A DNA stretch of 64,000 bases from Stegostoma tigrinum (taxonomy: Eukaryota): assembly GCF_030684315.1 (NCBI RefSeq), contig NC_081387.1, positions 6,366,497-6,430,496 on the forward strand, given 5' to 3'. Below, piece by piece: positions 12,576 through 25,699 of this stretch. Under the pieces are notes generated by a model. That model was not told the origin of the DNA and ran no database searches. It saw only the letters and a program-made list of their open reading frames with translations. Numbering within the stretch: position 1 is the first letter of the stretch; each line of letters opens with the position of its first letter. A program made the position numbers and the translations under genes.

Positions 12576-15500
12576 CACGAACAGGAGATTTGAGGTTGGG
12601 GGGTCACACTAACAGGGGCAGAGGGAGAGAAGGGTCCCACACCGACAGAGATTTGAGGTGAGGGGGGTCACACTAACAGGGGGAGAGGGAGAGAAGGGTG
12701 CCACACCGACAGGGATTTGAGGTGAGGGGGGTCACACTAACAGGGGGAGAGGGAGAGAAGGGTGCCACACCGACAGAGATTTGAGGTGAGGGGGGTCACA
12801 CTAACAGGGGCAGAGGGAGAGAAGGGTCCCACACCGACAGAGATTTGAGGTGAGGGGGGTCACACTGACAGGGGGAGAGGGAGAGAAGGGTCCCACACCG
12901 ACAGAGATTTGAGGTGAGGGGGGTCACACTGACAGGGGCAGAGGGAGAGAAGGGTCCCACACCGACAGAGATTTGAGGTGAGGGGGGTCACACTAACAGG
13001 GGCAGAGGGAGAGAAGGGTCCCACACCGACAGAGATTTGAGGTGAGGGGGGTCACACTGACAGGGGGAGAGGGAGAGAAGGGTGCCACACCGACAGAGAT
13101 TTGAGGTGAGGGGGGTCACACTAACAGGGGCAGAGGGAGAGAAGGGTGCCACACCGACAGAGATTTGAGGTGAGGGGGGTCACACTAACAGGGGGAGAGG
13201 GAGAGAAGGGTGCCACACCGACAGAGATTTGAGGTGAGGGGGGTCACACTAACAGGGGGAGAGGGAGAGAAGGGTGCCACACCGACAGAGATTTGAGGTG
13301 AGGGGGGTCACACTAACAGGGGGAGAGGGAGAGAAGGGTGCCACACCGACAGAGATTTGAGGTGAGGGGGGTCACACTAACAGGGGGAGAGGGAGAGAAG
13401 GGTGCCACACCGACAGAGATTTGAGGTGAGGGGGGTCACACTGACAGGGGCAGAGGGAGAGAAGGGTCCCACACCGACAGAGATTTGAGGTGAGGGGGGT
13501 CACACTAACAGGGGGAGAGGGAGAGAAGGGTCCCACACCGACAGAGATTTGAGGTGAGGGGGGTCACACTAACAGGGGGAGAGGGAGAGAAGGGTCCCAC
13601 ACTGACAGAGATTTGAGGTGAGGGGGGTCACACTAACAGGGGCAGAGGGAGAGAAGGGTGCCACACCGACAGGGATTTGAGGTGAGGGGGGTCACACTAA
13701 CAGGGGGAGAGGGAGAGAAGGGTCCCACACCGACAGAGATTTGAGGTGAGGGGGGTCACACTAACAGGGGGAGAGGGAGAGAAGGGTGCCACACCGACAG
13801 AGATTTGAGGTGAGGGGGGTCACACTGACAGGGGGAGAGGGAGAGAAGGGTCCCACACCGACAGAGATTTGAGGTGAGGGGGGTGACACTAACAGGGGGA
13901 GAGGGAGAGAAGGGTGCCACACCGACAGAGATTTGAGGTGAGGGGGGTCACACTAACAGGGGGAGAGGGAGAGAAGGGTGCCACACCGACAGAGATTTGA
14001 GGTGAGGGGGGTCACACTAACAGGGGGAGAGGGAGAGAAGGGTGCCACACCGACAGAGATTTGAGGTGAGGGGGGTCACACTGACAGGGGGAGAGGGAGA
14101 GAAGGGTGCCACACCGACAGAGATTTGAGGTGAGGGGGGTCACACTGACAGGGGCAGAGGGAGAGAAGGGTCCCACACCGACAGAGATTTGAGGTGAGGG
14201 GGGTCACACTAACAGGGGCAGAGGGAGAGAAGGGTCCCACACCGACAGAGATTTGAGGTGAGGGGGGTCACACTGACAGGGGGAGAGGGAGAGAAGGGTG
14301 CCACACCGACAGAGATTTGAGGTGAGGGGGGTCACACTAACAGGGGCAGAGGGAGAGAAGGGTGCCACACCGACAGAGATTTGAGGTGAGGGGGGTCACA
14401 CTAACAGGGGGAGAGGGAGAGAAGGGTGCCACACCGACAGAGATTTGAGGTGAGGGGGGTCACACTAACAGGGGGAGAGGGAGAGAAGGGTGCCACACCG
14501 ACAGAGATTTGAGGTGAGGGGGGTCACACTAACAGGGGGAGAGGGAGAGAAGGGTGCCACACCGACAGAGATTTGAGGTGAGGGGGGTCACACTGACAGG
14601 GGCAGAGGGAGAGAAGGGTCCCACACCGACAGAGATTTGAGGTGAGGGGGGTCACACTAACAGGGGGAGAGGGAGAGAAGGGTCCCACACCGACAGAGAT
14701 TTGAGGTGAGGGGGTTCACACTGACAGGGGCACAGGGAGAGAAGGGTCCCACACCGACAGAGATTTGAGGTGAGGGGGGTCACACTAACAGGGGGAGAGG
14801 GAGAGAAGGGTGCCACACCGACAGAGATTTGAGGTGAGGGGGGTGACACTAACAGGGGGAGAGGGAGAGAAGGGTGCCACACCGACAGAGATTTGAGGTG
14901 AGGGGGGTCACACTAACAGGGGGAGAGGGAGAGAAGGGTGCCACACCGACAGAGATTTGAGGTGAGGGGGGTCACACTAACAGGGGGAGAGGGAGAGAAG
15001 GGTGCCACACCGACAGAGATTTGAGGTGAGGGGGGTGACACTAACAGGGGGAGAGGGAGAGAAGGGTGCCACACCGACAGAGATTTGAGGTGAGGGGGGT
15101 CACACTAACAGGGGGAGAGGGAGAGAAGGGTGCCACACCGACAGAGATTTGAGGTGAGGGGGGTCACACTAACAGGGGGAGAGGGAGAGAAGGGTCCCAC
15201 ACCGACAGAGATTTGAGGTGAGGGGGGTCACACTAACAGGGGCAGAGGGAGAGAAGGGTGCCACACCGACAGGGATTTGAGGTGAGGGGGGTCACACTAA
15301 CAGGGGGAGAGGGAGAGAAGGGTCCCACACCGACAGAGATTTGAGGTGAGGGGGGTCACACTAACAGGGGGAGAGGGAGAGAAGGGTGCCACACCGACAG
15401 AGATTTGAGGTGAGGGGGGTCACACTGACAGGGGGAGAGGGAGAGAAGGGTCCCACACCGACAGAGATTTGAGGTGAGGGGGGTGACACTAACAGGGGGA

Positions 15501-16724
15501 GAGGGAGAGAAGGGTGCCACACCGACAGAGATTTGAGGTGAGGGGGGTCACACTAACAGGGGGAGAGGGAGAGAAGGGTGCCACACCGACAGAGATTTGA
15601 GGTGAGGGGGGTCACACTAACAGGGGGAGAGGGAGAGAAGGGTGCCACACCGACAGAGATTTGAGGTGAGGGGGGTCACACTGACAGGGGGAGAGGGAGA
15701 GAAGGGTGCCACACCGACAGAGATTTGAGGTGAGGGGGGTCACACTAACAGGGGCAGAGGGAGAGAAGGGTGCCACACCGACAGAGATTTGAGGTGAGGG
15801 GGGTCACACTAACAGGGGGAGAGGGAGAGAAGGGTGCCACACCGACAGAGATTTGAGGTGAGGGGGGTCACACTGACAGGGGCAGAGGGAGAGAAGGGTC
15901 CCACACCGACAGAGATTTGAGGTGAGGGGGGTCACACTAACAGGGGGAGAGGGAGAGAAGGGTGCCACACCGACAGAGATTTGAGGTGAGGGGGGTCACA
16001 CTAACAGGGGCAGAGGGAGAGAAGGGTGCCACACCGACAGAGATTTGAGGTGAGGGGGGTCACACTAACAGGGGGAGAGGGAGAGAAGGGTGCCACACCG
16101 ACAGAGATTTGAGGTGAGGGGGGTCACACTGACAGGGGCAGAGGGAGAGAAGGGTCCCACACCGACAGAGATTTGAGGTGAGGGGGGTCACACTAACAGG
16201 GGCAGAGGGAGAGAAGGGTGCCACACCGACAGAGATTTGAGGTGAGGGGGGTCACACTAACAGGGGCAGAGGGAGAGAAGGGTGCCACACCGACAGAGAT
16301 TTGAGGTGAGGGGGGTCACACTAACAGGGGCAGAGGGAGAGAAGGGTCCCACACCGACAGAGATTTGAGGTGAGGGGGGTCACACTAACAGGGGCAGAGG
16401 GAGAGAAGGGTGCCACACCGACAGAGATTTGAGGTGAGGGGGGTCACACTGACAGGGGCAGAGGGAGAGAAGGGTCCCACACCGACAGAGATTTGAGGTG
16501 AGGGGGGTCACACTAACAGGGGCAGAGGGAGAGAAGGGTCCCACACCGACAGAGATTTGAGGTGAGGGGGGTCACACTAACAGGGGCAGAGGGAGAGAAG
16601 GGTCCCACACCGACAGAGATTTGAGGTGAGGGGGGTCACACTAACAGGGGCAGAGGGAGAGAAGGGTGCCACACCGACAGAGATTTGAGGTGAGGGGGGT
16701 GACACTAACAGGGGCAGAGGGAGA
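12575..16724 (+). repeat. Homogeneous 64-bp tandem repeat, about 65 copies (dimer of two 32-bp subunits)
   Basis: Unit GTCACACTAACAGGGGGAGAGGGAGAGAAGGG-TGCCACACCGACAGAGATTTGAGGTGAGGGGG; period read from 12671 to 12735. Confidence 0.97.
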
Positions 16725-17681
16725 GGATTGAGTCACACTGACAGGGTGAGATTGAGGGGAGGGCCTCACTCTAACAGGATTGTGAGGGTAGGCCGTTACC
16801 TTAGCAGGAGGAGAGCTGAGCAGGGAGCCACATTAACAGAGAGTGAGGGAGGGAGTCTCACTAACATGTAGAGAGTGAGAGAAGAGAGTCACACTAACTA
16901 GAGGAGTACAGGGAGGGAGTCACGCTCATAGGAGGACATCGAGGGGAGGGAGTTTCCCATCTACTGATAGTGAGGGGAAGGAGTTACCCTGACAGGAGAC
17001 GAGTGACAGGAGGGAGTTGCACTGACAGGAGAGTGAAGGGAGGGAGTCACGATACTCAGAGGAGAGTGAGGGGACGAATCACACTAACACAAGGAGAGTG
17101 GCGCAGGCAGCCACACTAAAAGGGTGAGATTAAGGAGACGAAGTCATACTACCAGGAGGGCTAAGGTAGGGAGTCACATTAACAGGAGGAGAGCTGAGGA
17201 GGGAGTTACACTTAGAGGGAGTGAGGGGAGAAAGTCACTCTAACACACATTGTGTGGAGCGAGGGAGTAACACTGATAGGATCAGATTCAGGGGGAGGGA
17301 AAGTCATATACACAGGAGGATTGAGGGAGGGAGAGTCACGTTAACAGCAGGAGATTTGAGGAGGGAGTCACATTAACAGAGATTCAGGTGAGGAAGTTTC
17401 ACTAACAGGAGGAGAGTGAAGGGAGGGAGTCACACTGACAGGAGGAGAGTGAGGGGAGGGAGTCACATAATCACAAGGAGTGAAGGGGAGGGAGTCAGAC
17501 TGACAAGCAGTTAGTAAGGGAAGTGAGTCACAGTCATAGAAGCAGAAAGCAAAAGGAAGAGTGTCACAATGACGGAGAGAGGGGAAGGAGTGACACTACC
17601 AGGAGGATAGTGAAGGCAGGAAGTGACACTAACAGAGAGTGTGGGGCCGATGTCACACTAATAGAGGAGATTGGGGCAGTG

Positions 17682-18014
17682 AGTCACACTAACGGAGAGT
17701 GAGGGGAGAGTGTCACACTAACGGAGAGTGAGGGGAGAGTGTCACACTAACGGAGAGTGTTACACTAACGGAGAGTGAGGGGAGAGTGTCACACTAACGG
17801 AGAGTGAAGGGAGAGTGTTACACTAACGGAGAGTGAGGGGAGAGTGTCACACTAACGGAGAGTGAGGGGAGAGTGTCACACTAACGGAGAGTGAAGGGAG
17901 AGTGTTACACTAACGGAGAGTGAAGGGAGAGTGTCACACTAACGGAGAGTGAGGGGAGAGTGTCACACTAACGGAGAGTGAGGGGAGAGTGTCACACTAA
18001 TGGAGAGTGAGGGG
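17682..18014 (+). repeat. 29-bp tandem repeat (GAGGGGAGAGTGTCACACTAACGGAGAGT)
   Basis: Near-identical units, period 17701 to 17730. Confidence 0.92.
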
Positions 18015-18359
18015 TGGGTCTGGATGTGAGTTTGCTCACTGAGCTGGAAGGTTAGTTTTCAGACGTTTTGTCACTTTTTTTTTATTTGAAAAAAATATAC
18101 TTTATTCATAGAATGTACAAAAAATAAAACATTTATACACCTACCCAGTCATGCAAACCGCTCCGGGTTACCCAGGGGGTACGTACACCAACTAAAGGGA
18201 AAAAACAAAACAGAGAAAAAAAAAAAAAACAAAGCAAAGAAACCGCCCCGGCAGTCGTCACCCCGCACAGTCCCAGTTGGCCCCCTGACCAGTTGGGGAA
18301 GGCGCCAGCTGGGCCCAGTTACCAGATAGGATTCTTTTCCCTTGTCTGGACGAGGGGGC

Positions 18360-21300
18360 TCATACGGTGGTCTTTCCCCACCGCGCCTTGGCGGCGGCTG
18401 CCCCAAGCTTTAGCGCGTCCCTCAGCACGTAGCCCTGGACCTTGGAGTGCGCCAGTCTGCAACACTCGGTCGGGGTCAGTTCTTTCAGCTGGCAGACCAG
18501 CAAGTTGCGGGCAGACCAAAGAGCGTCTTTCACCGCATTGATGGTCCTCCAGGCACAGTTGATGTTGGTCTCGGTGTGCGTCCCCGGAAACAGCCCGTAG
18601 AGCACGGAGTCCCGCGTCACGGAGCTGCTCGGGACGAACCTCGACAAATACCACTGCATCCCCCTCCAGACCTCCTGCGCATAGGCACACTCCAGAAGGA
18701 GGTGATCGACAGTCTCGTCCCCCCCGCAGCCACCTCGAGGGCAGCGTGCGGTGGTGCAGAGATTCCGGGCATGCATAAAGGATCTCACTGGCAGAGCCCC
18801 TCTCACCGCCAGCCAAGCAATGTCCTTGTGCTTGTTTGAAAGTTCTGGCGATGAGGCATTCTGCCAAACGACTTTGGCAGTCTGCATGGGGAACCACACG
18901 ACGGGATCCACCCTCTCCTTTTCCCGAAGGGTCCTGAGGATACTACGTGCTGACCACTGCCTGACGGCCTTGTGGTCAAAGGTGTTTCCTTTCAAAAATT
19001 TCTCCACGAAGGACAGGTGGTACGGAACGGTCCAACTACTCGGAGCGTTCCGCGGCAACGAGGCCAGGCCCATCCTTCGCAACACCGGGGACAGGTAGAA
19101 CCTCAGTAAGTAGTGACACTTGGTGTTTGCGTACTGAGGATCTACGCACAGCTTGATGCAGCCACACACAAAGGTAGCCGTCAGGGCGAGGGTGGCGTTC
19201 GGTACGCCCTTTCCCCCATTTCCCAGGTCTTTGTACATGGTATCTCTGCGGACCCGGTCCATCCTCGACCCCCAAATGAAGTGGAAGATGGCCCGGGTGA
19301 CGGCAGCAGCGCAGGTCCAGGTAATAGGCCAGGCCTGCGCCACATACAACAGTACCGAAAGCCCCTCGCACCTGACAACCAGGTTCTTACCCGCGATGGA
19401 GAGGGACCGGAGCGTCCACCTGCCCAGCTTCTGCTTAAATTTGGAGATACGCTCCTCCCAAGTCTTAGTGCATGCCCCAGCTCCACCAAACCAAACACCC
19501 AGCACCTTCAGGTAGTCTGTCCTGACGGTGAAGGGGATGAAGGAGCGGTCGTCCCAGTTCCCGAAGAACATGACCTCGCTCTTACCCCTATTGACTTTGG
19601 CACCCGAGGCCAGTTCAAACTGGCCGCAGATGTCCAACAGCCTACTCACCGACCGACGATCGGTGCAGAAGACGGCGACATCATCCATGTACAGGGAGGT
19701 CTTGACCTGAAGGCCTCCGCTGCCTGGGATAGTCACGCCCCTCAGGCTCACGTCCTTCCTGATGGAGGCGGCGAAGGGCTCCACACAGCACACGAACAAG
19801 GCAGGAGAGAGCGGGCAGCCCTGCCTGACTCCAGATCTAACAGGAAAACTGTCTGATTCCCACCCGTTGATCGAGACTGCGCTAACGATGTTGGCGTAGA
19901 GCAGCCGGATCCAATTGCGGATGCCCTCCCCAAACCCCAATTTGGAGAGGACGTCCCTCATGTAAGCATGAGAGACCCTGTCGAAGGCCTTCTCCTTGTC
20001 CAGGCTGACGAGGCAGGTGTCCACCCGCCTGTCCTGTACGTAGGCGATCATATCCCTGATGAGCGCGAGGCTCTCAGCGATCTTCCTGCCCGGCACAGCA
20101 CAGGTGTGGTCAGGGTGAATCACCGACTCCAGGACAGACCTGACCCGGTTGGCAATGACCTTGGCCAGGATTTTGTAGTCCACGTTCAAAAGTGAAATGG
20201 GACGCCAATTCTTAATTTCTTCCCTCTCCCCCTTCCTCTTGTAAATGAGGTTGATGATGCCCTTCCTCATGGACTTGCACATTTCCCCTGCCCGAAGCGC
20301 ACTATCGTACACCTCCAGCAGGTCCTGGCCGACCAGGCCCCACAGAGCAGAATACAGCTCGACCGGTAAGCCATCACTTCCGGGAGTCCTATTCCTCTGC
20401 AAGGACTTGAGGGCTCTGGCCAGCTCGTCCAGGGATATCGGCCGGTCCAGCCACTCCCTCGTGCCGTCGTCTAAGACCTCCGTGATAGACGACAGGAACG
20501 ACTCGGAGGCCGTGCTATCCGTGGGCTTCGTGTCGTACAGTCCGGCATAGAAGGATCTGCTGATCCTCAAAACGTCGGGCCGAGACGACGTCACCGAGCC
20601 GTCGTCCTCCTTCAGCCGGCTAAGCACAGAGCTCTCTTTGTGCACCTTCTGAAAGAAGAAACGCGAGCACGTCTCGTCCTACTCCACGGAGCGGACCCTG
20701 GACCGGAAGATTATCCTGGAGGCCTCCGCGGCGAAGAGCGAGGCTTGCTGGCCCCTCACCTTGCGGAGGTCCTCCGTGACATCGACCCCCATCAACTGCA
20801 GAAGGAGCAGGTTCTGCACCCTTTTCTGGAGTCGCGACAGCTTTCCCCGCCTCTCTCTTGCCTTCTGAACACCCTTGAGGACAAAGAACCTCTTGATGTT
20901 CTCCTTCACCGTCTCCCACCAGTCGCCTGGAGACTTAAAGAGGGGTTTCACGGTTCTCCAACCGGTGTACTCCCTCTTAAGCTCCTCGACGTTCTCTGGG
21001 GTCAACAGAGTCGTGTTGAGCTTCCACGTCCCCTTGCCGGCCGGCTGGTCGTCCTGTAAGTGACAGTCGGCCAACAGGAGGCAGTGGTCAGAGAAGAACA
21101 CCGGCTCGACACCGGTGGATCTGACCGAGAACGTCCGCGACACAAACAGGAAGTCTATCCTTGAGCGGATAGACCCGTCTGGCCGCGACCAGGTGTACCT
21201 CTGCTGCGCTCCGTCTGCAGGGGTGCTGAAGACGTCGAGCAGCTTGGCGTCCTTCACCGTGCCCATCAGGAATCTGGACGTGACGTCCAGTTGAATCCCC

Positions 21301-21779
21301 CCACCCGCTGTCCCCACGCCGGATCTTCCATCTGCATCAATGATGCAGTTGAAGTCTCCGCCTAGGATGACCGGCCTGGACGTAGCCAGCAGGGGTGGAA
21401 GCCGCTGCAGGACGTCCAACCGCTCACTCCGTACCACTGGGGCGTACACGTTGATCAGCCTCAGGGGAGCATTCCTGTAGGTGATGTCAGCCACTAGGAG
21501 GCGCCCCCCCACCACCTCCTGAACTTGAGAGATGGTGAAGTTGTGCCCCCACAGCAGAATAGCCAGGCCCGAGGAGCGACAGTCGTTACCCCCCGACCAG
21601 ATCGAAGGCCCACAGGTCCAGGCGCCGGACCATTTCCCGTACCTGCCGAGGTGCGGTATCCCGCACTCCTGCAGAAACAGGAGGTCCGCCTTGATGGTGG
21701 TCAGGTAGGCCAACGTGGACACACATCTCGCGGTTGACTTGACGCTGCGCACATTAATGCTCGCAACTCGTACCCCCAT
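18360..21779 (-). pseudogene. Tx1 copy L ORF2 (APE endonuclease + reverse transcriptase), one premature stop
   Basis: ATG 21779. TAG at 20679-20681 where copy R has CAG. ORFs 20679-21809 and 18360-20645 are in the same frame. Confidence 0.92.
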
Positions 21780-23217
21780 TGTGGGCAGTGACCGCAGTAC
21801 CCTCCCCAAGTCTAAGGTCCAGCCCCTCCATCTGTCCCTTCATGCCCATTGCCCGGGCTAACTGCTGGACGCTCTCTGGGCTCAGGAAACCGTCTGTGCT
21901 GCCTTCCGGGTGGCATTCCCCCGCCAGGGGTGCGGAGGCAGGAGGGTCCGGCTCCGGATCAGGCTGGGGACGTGCTGTTTCCTCCTTCCCGCCTGGAAGT
22001 TCCGGGGGGCCCTCCAGTGCTCCAGCGGCACTTGACTGGGTGTCGGAGTGAGCCTCAGGGCGCCTCCCGTCACCTGGAAGCGGGGTGCTGCTTTCCTTCC
22101 CCCTCGAGACCTTTAACTTCTGCTTCGGGTGGGCCCTCACTGAATCCTCCTCGTCAGAGGAGCTCTTATAGCCCCCCTGTAGCTGCCTCTTCCCTCCTGA
22201 TTGTTGCGGTTCCTGGGCCCGTCGACGCACCTTCCTCCTCGCTTTCCGGACTGTAGTCCACTCCCCTGGGTTGCCTGCCGCCGCCTCCATTGGCTCCGGG
22301 TTGTCGGGGGGGATCGGAGCCTGCAGGGGTGCTTTGCTGGCCTCGGGCCCATCCTGCAGGGCTGGGCCCTCCTGCACGGCCTGGCCCTCCTGCACATTAG
22401 TGGGGTCCTTGCTGGGCCCTGGTGCCTTCCTCTCCTCCGGGGGGGCTGGCCCCGCATTACCCCTGCCGGCGACCTGGGCGTAGGTGGTACCCCGCCGCGG
22501 GCATGCCCTATAGAAGTGGCCCGCTTCCCTGCAAAGGTTGCAGCTTCTCTCTCGTGGGCAATCCTTTGCAAGGTGTCCCTCCTCCCTGCAGTTCCTGCAG
22601 ATGGTGGCTTTGCAGTCGGCCGCCATGTGACCTGACCTACCACAGGCATGGCAGACTTTAGGTTGCCCTGCATAGGTCAGGTAGCCCCTGCTCCCGCCGA
22701 TCGCGAAGCTGGACGGTGGGTGTGCGACATTCCCGTCTGCGCCCATCCTCAGCGTCACCTTGACCTACCTCTTACTCGTCCAGATGCCAAAGGGGTCCAT
22801 GATGTCAGTTAGGTCCCCTTCCACCTTCACATACCTTCCGAGGAAGGTCAGGACATCAACTGCTGGCACATGCGGGTTGTACATGTGTACAGTCACCATA
22901 CGGCTCCTCTGCGCTGGCATCACAAACAGTGGGACAGCGGTCAATACCGAGACGGGGCCCTCACCTCCTTTCTCCTTGAAAACCTCCAGGAAGCGCTCGC
23001 AAAGCTTGGCACTCCGGAAGGTCACATCGTAAAAACCCCCTCCGGGGAAATCCTGCAGGCAGTAAATGTCCGCAGCAGCGAACCCACAACAGTCCAACAG
23101 GACCCTCTTCACGAAGAAGGTGCGGTCCACAGGTGCACCTTCATCTACCTTCTTTACAGAAACACGGATGGTGTTCCGGACCCCCTGACCTGGGGCACGA
23201 GCACTTGCCGCAGCCAT
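21754..23217 (-). pseudogene. Tx1 copy L ORF1 (gag-like zinc-knuckle protein), one premature stop
   Basis: ATG 23217 (MAAASARAPG). TAG at 22765-22767 where copy R has CAG. Knuckles CHACGRSGHMAADC, CRNCREEGHLAKDC, CNLCREAGHFYRAC. Confidence 0.88.
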
Positions 23218-23644
23218 CGTTGCAGGTTGGCTGCTCCCCTGAACCAGCGTTAGGCCGAAGCCAGCATTAAGATCCACTGGTCGCAAGGGTGCACAGCCAA
23301 CCCGACGTCCTCCTTTCACCTCCAAGACTGCACTCTCGTCCTCTCAGTCCACAAGAGAGTGAGTCTTTATTGTGTTCAAGATGTAAGCTGGTTCACTGAG
23401 CTGTAAGGTTTGTTCCCAGATGCTTTGTCACCATTCTAGGTAACATCATCAGTGAGCCTCCGACGAAGCACTGGTGTTATGTCCCGCTTTATATTTATTT
23501 GGTTAGGTTTCCTTGGGTTGGTGATGTCATTTCCTGTGTCAGTGATGTCATTTCCTGTTCTTTTTCTCAAAGGATGGTAGATTGGCTCCAATTCAGGTTG
23601 ATGTTGATGGATGTGAACAGAGCTGTTCCGTCAAGGTTAAAATA

Positions 23645-24007
23645 GTATCAGAGATAATGGGAACTGCAGATGCTGGAGATTCCAAGATAATAAAATGTGA
23701 GGCTGGATGAACACAGCAGGCCAAGCAGCATCTCAGGAGCACAAAAGCTGACGTTTCGGGCCTAGACCCTTCATCAGAGAGGGGGATGGGGGGAGGGAAC
23801 TGGAATAAATAGGGAGAGAGGGGGAGGCGGACCGAAGATGGAGACTCTCCATCTTCGGTCCGCCTCCCCCTCTCTCCCTATTTATTCCAGTTCCCTCCCC
23901 CCATCCCCCTCTCTGATGAAGGGTCTAGGCCCGAAACGTCAGCTTTTGTGCTCCTGAGATGCTGCTTGGCCTGCTGTGTTCATCCAGCCTCACATTTTAT
24001 TATCTTG
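23645..24007. mobile_element. Palindromic PLE family A pLTR insertion nested in the family B element
   Basis: Inverted repeat 23683-24007 centred on 23845; 14-bp direct repeat tgttccgtcaaggt at 23624-23637 and 24006-24019. Confidence 0.88.
23913..23940 (+). ncRNA. Minimal hammerhead ribozyme motif, PLE family A (intact copies also on - strand at 10906-10933, 23750-23777, 46909-46936)
   Basis: CUGAUGA-A-GGGUC(UA)GGCCC-GAAAC-GUC: conserved core boxes, stem II and the palindromic ACGU in place of stem III, as known for PLE hammerheads. Stem I is weak. Confidence 0.75.
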
Positions 24008-24019
24008 TTCCGTCAAGGT

Positions 24020-25560
24020 GTTGCTTGCAGATACCGACACTTACCAACAGGTGGCGATAGACCCAACCCCACAACGAGAGAACCGAATCACAGCCTTACT
24101 CAAAAAACTTCAAAAATCTGGAGAATTAAACAAGAGAGAGTTCCAAAAAATGAAACCAGATGGATCCAACACACCACGCTTCCACGGACTACCAAATATT
24201 CACAAACCAGAAGCCCCCCTCAGACCCATAGCCTCGCTACTTGGAACACCAACGTACAGATTAGCCAAGGAACTCCACCAAAGACTAAAACACCTAGTAG
24301 AAGACTCCCGCCACTCCATTCACTCCACCCAAGAATTCCTGAACACCATCAAAGACACCAAGATAGAAGAGGATGAAATAATGGTCTCCTTTGACGTAAC
24401 AGCCCTGTTCACATCCATCAACATCAACCTGGCCAAAGAAACACTGATGACACTATTAGAAGAACCGAAGACACATACTCCAGACACCACCAACCTCATC
24501 AGCAAGGACAACATCATCAAGCTAGTGGACCTATGCCTCACCATCCACTTCACTTTCAATAACAAATCCTACAGAGAAACCAACGGTACACCCATGGGAT
24601 CTCCGATATCAGGGTTCTTAGCAGAGGCAGTAATGCAGAGACTCGAACAAACAGCTCTGCCAATCATCCAACCCAAACTTTGGGTCCGCTACGTGGATGA
24701 CACCTTTGTCATCACTAAACAAAACAAATTAGAGGAAACCTTCAAGACCATCAATAATACCCTTACTGGCATAACATTCACAAAAGAGGAGGAAAACAAC
24801 AGCAAACTGCCATTCCTAGATGTCACAGTAGAGCGAACAGTCAATGGGGAACTTCAAACCAGCGTCTACAGGAAAACAACACATACGGACCAAATACTGA
24901 ACTACAGGAGCAACCATCCCAACATCCACAAACGAAGCTGCATTAGAACATTATTCCAATGAGCCACCACACACTGCAGCACAGAGGAACTACGAAGAGC
25001 AGAGGAAAATCACCTATACAGCGTATTCAAAAAGAATGGGTACCCAATGAACTCAGTCCGCCGATTCCTCAGCAACAAACCCAAACAAACAGACAAAACG
25101 GGCCCAGAAACCATAACCACTCTCCCCTACATCAAAGACATTTCTGAAAAGACTGCCAGACTACTCAGACCTCTGGGCATCAGGGTAGCCCACAAACCCA
25201 CCAACACACTAAAACAGCAGCTAATGAACTTAAAAGGCCCTATTTAGACAACAAGCAAAACGAACGTCATCTACAAAACACCTTGCAAAAACTGTGACAA
25301 ACACTACATTGGACAAACAGGCAGAAAGCTAGCCACCAGAATACATGAACATCAAGCCACAAAACGACATGACCCACTATCACTCGTATCCTTACATACA
25401 GATGAGGAAGGACACCACTTTGATTGGGACAACACATCCATCCTAGGACAAGCCAAACAGAGACAGGCACGAGAATTCCTTGAAGCATGGCATTCCAACC
25501 GGAACTCCATCAACAAACACATTGACTTGGAGCCAATCTACCATCCCCTGAGAAAAAGAA
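24020..25560 (+). pseudogene. PLE family B reverse transcriptase + GIY-YIG ORF, disrupted
   Basis: ORF 23976-24962 has LPNIHK, LRPI, SFDVTALFT, GTPMGSPIS, RYVDD, LPFLD, VYRK. After TGA 24960-24962 and further lesions it reads NVIYKTPCKNCDKHYIGQTGRKLATRIHEH. Confidence 0.92.
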
Positions 25561-25665
25561 CAGGAAATGACATCACCAATGCAGGAAATGACATTGCCAA
25601 CCCAAGGAAACCTAACCAGATCAATAGAAATTGGGACATAACACCAGCGCTTCACCGGAGGCTCA

Positions 25666-25699
25666 CTGATGATGTTACCTAGAATGGTGACGAAACATC
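25666..25699 (+). ncRNA. Hammerhead-like motif spanning the PLE/Tx1 5' junction
   Basis: CUGAUGA-U-GUUACC(UAGAAU)GGUGAC-GAAAC-AUC; the triplet is AUC rather than the GUC of the empty site. Confidence 0.6.

Larger units (their letters stand above)
18075..23423 (-). mobile_element. Full-length Tx1-type (L1 clade) non-LTR retrotransposon, copy L
   Basis: ORF1 with three CCHC knuckles; ORF2 with APE (SINVRS, LQE, GGDFN, SRID, FSDH) and RT (PGSDG, RQGCPLSP, YMDD) plus a C-terminal CxxxxC..ET..HLL.EC; AATAAA and poly(A) at 18075; TSD GTGACAAA (18067-18074 / 23424-23431). Confidence 0.93.

Noticed and set aside
12575-16724. CRISPR-like array
   Set aside because: No unique spacers, no cas genes, vertebrate context; a plain tandem repeat. 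The same applies to 31660-33445.
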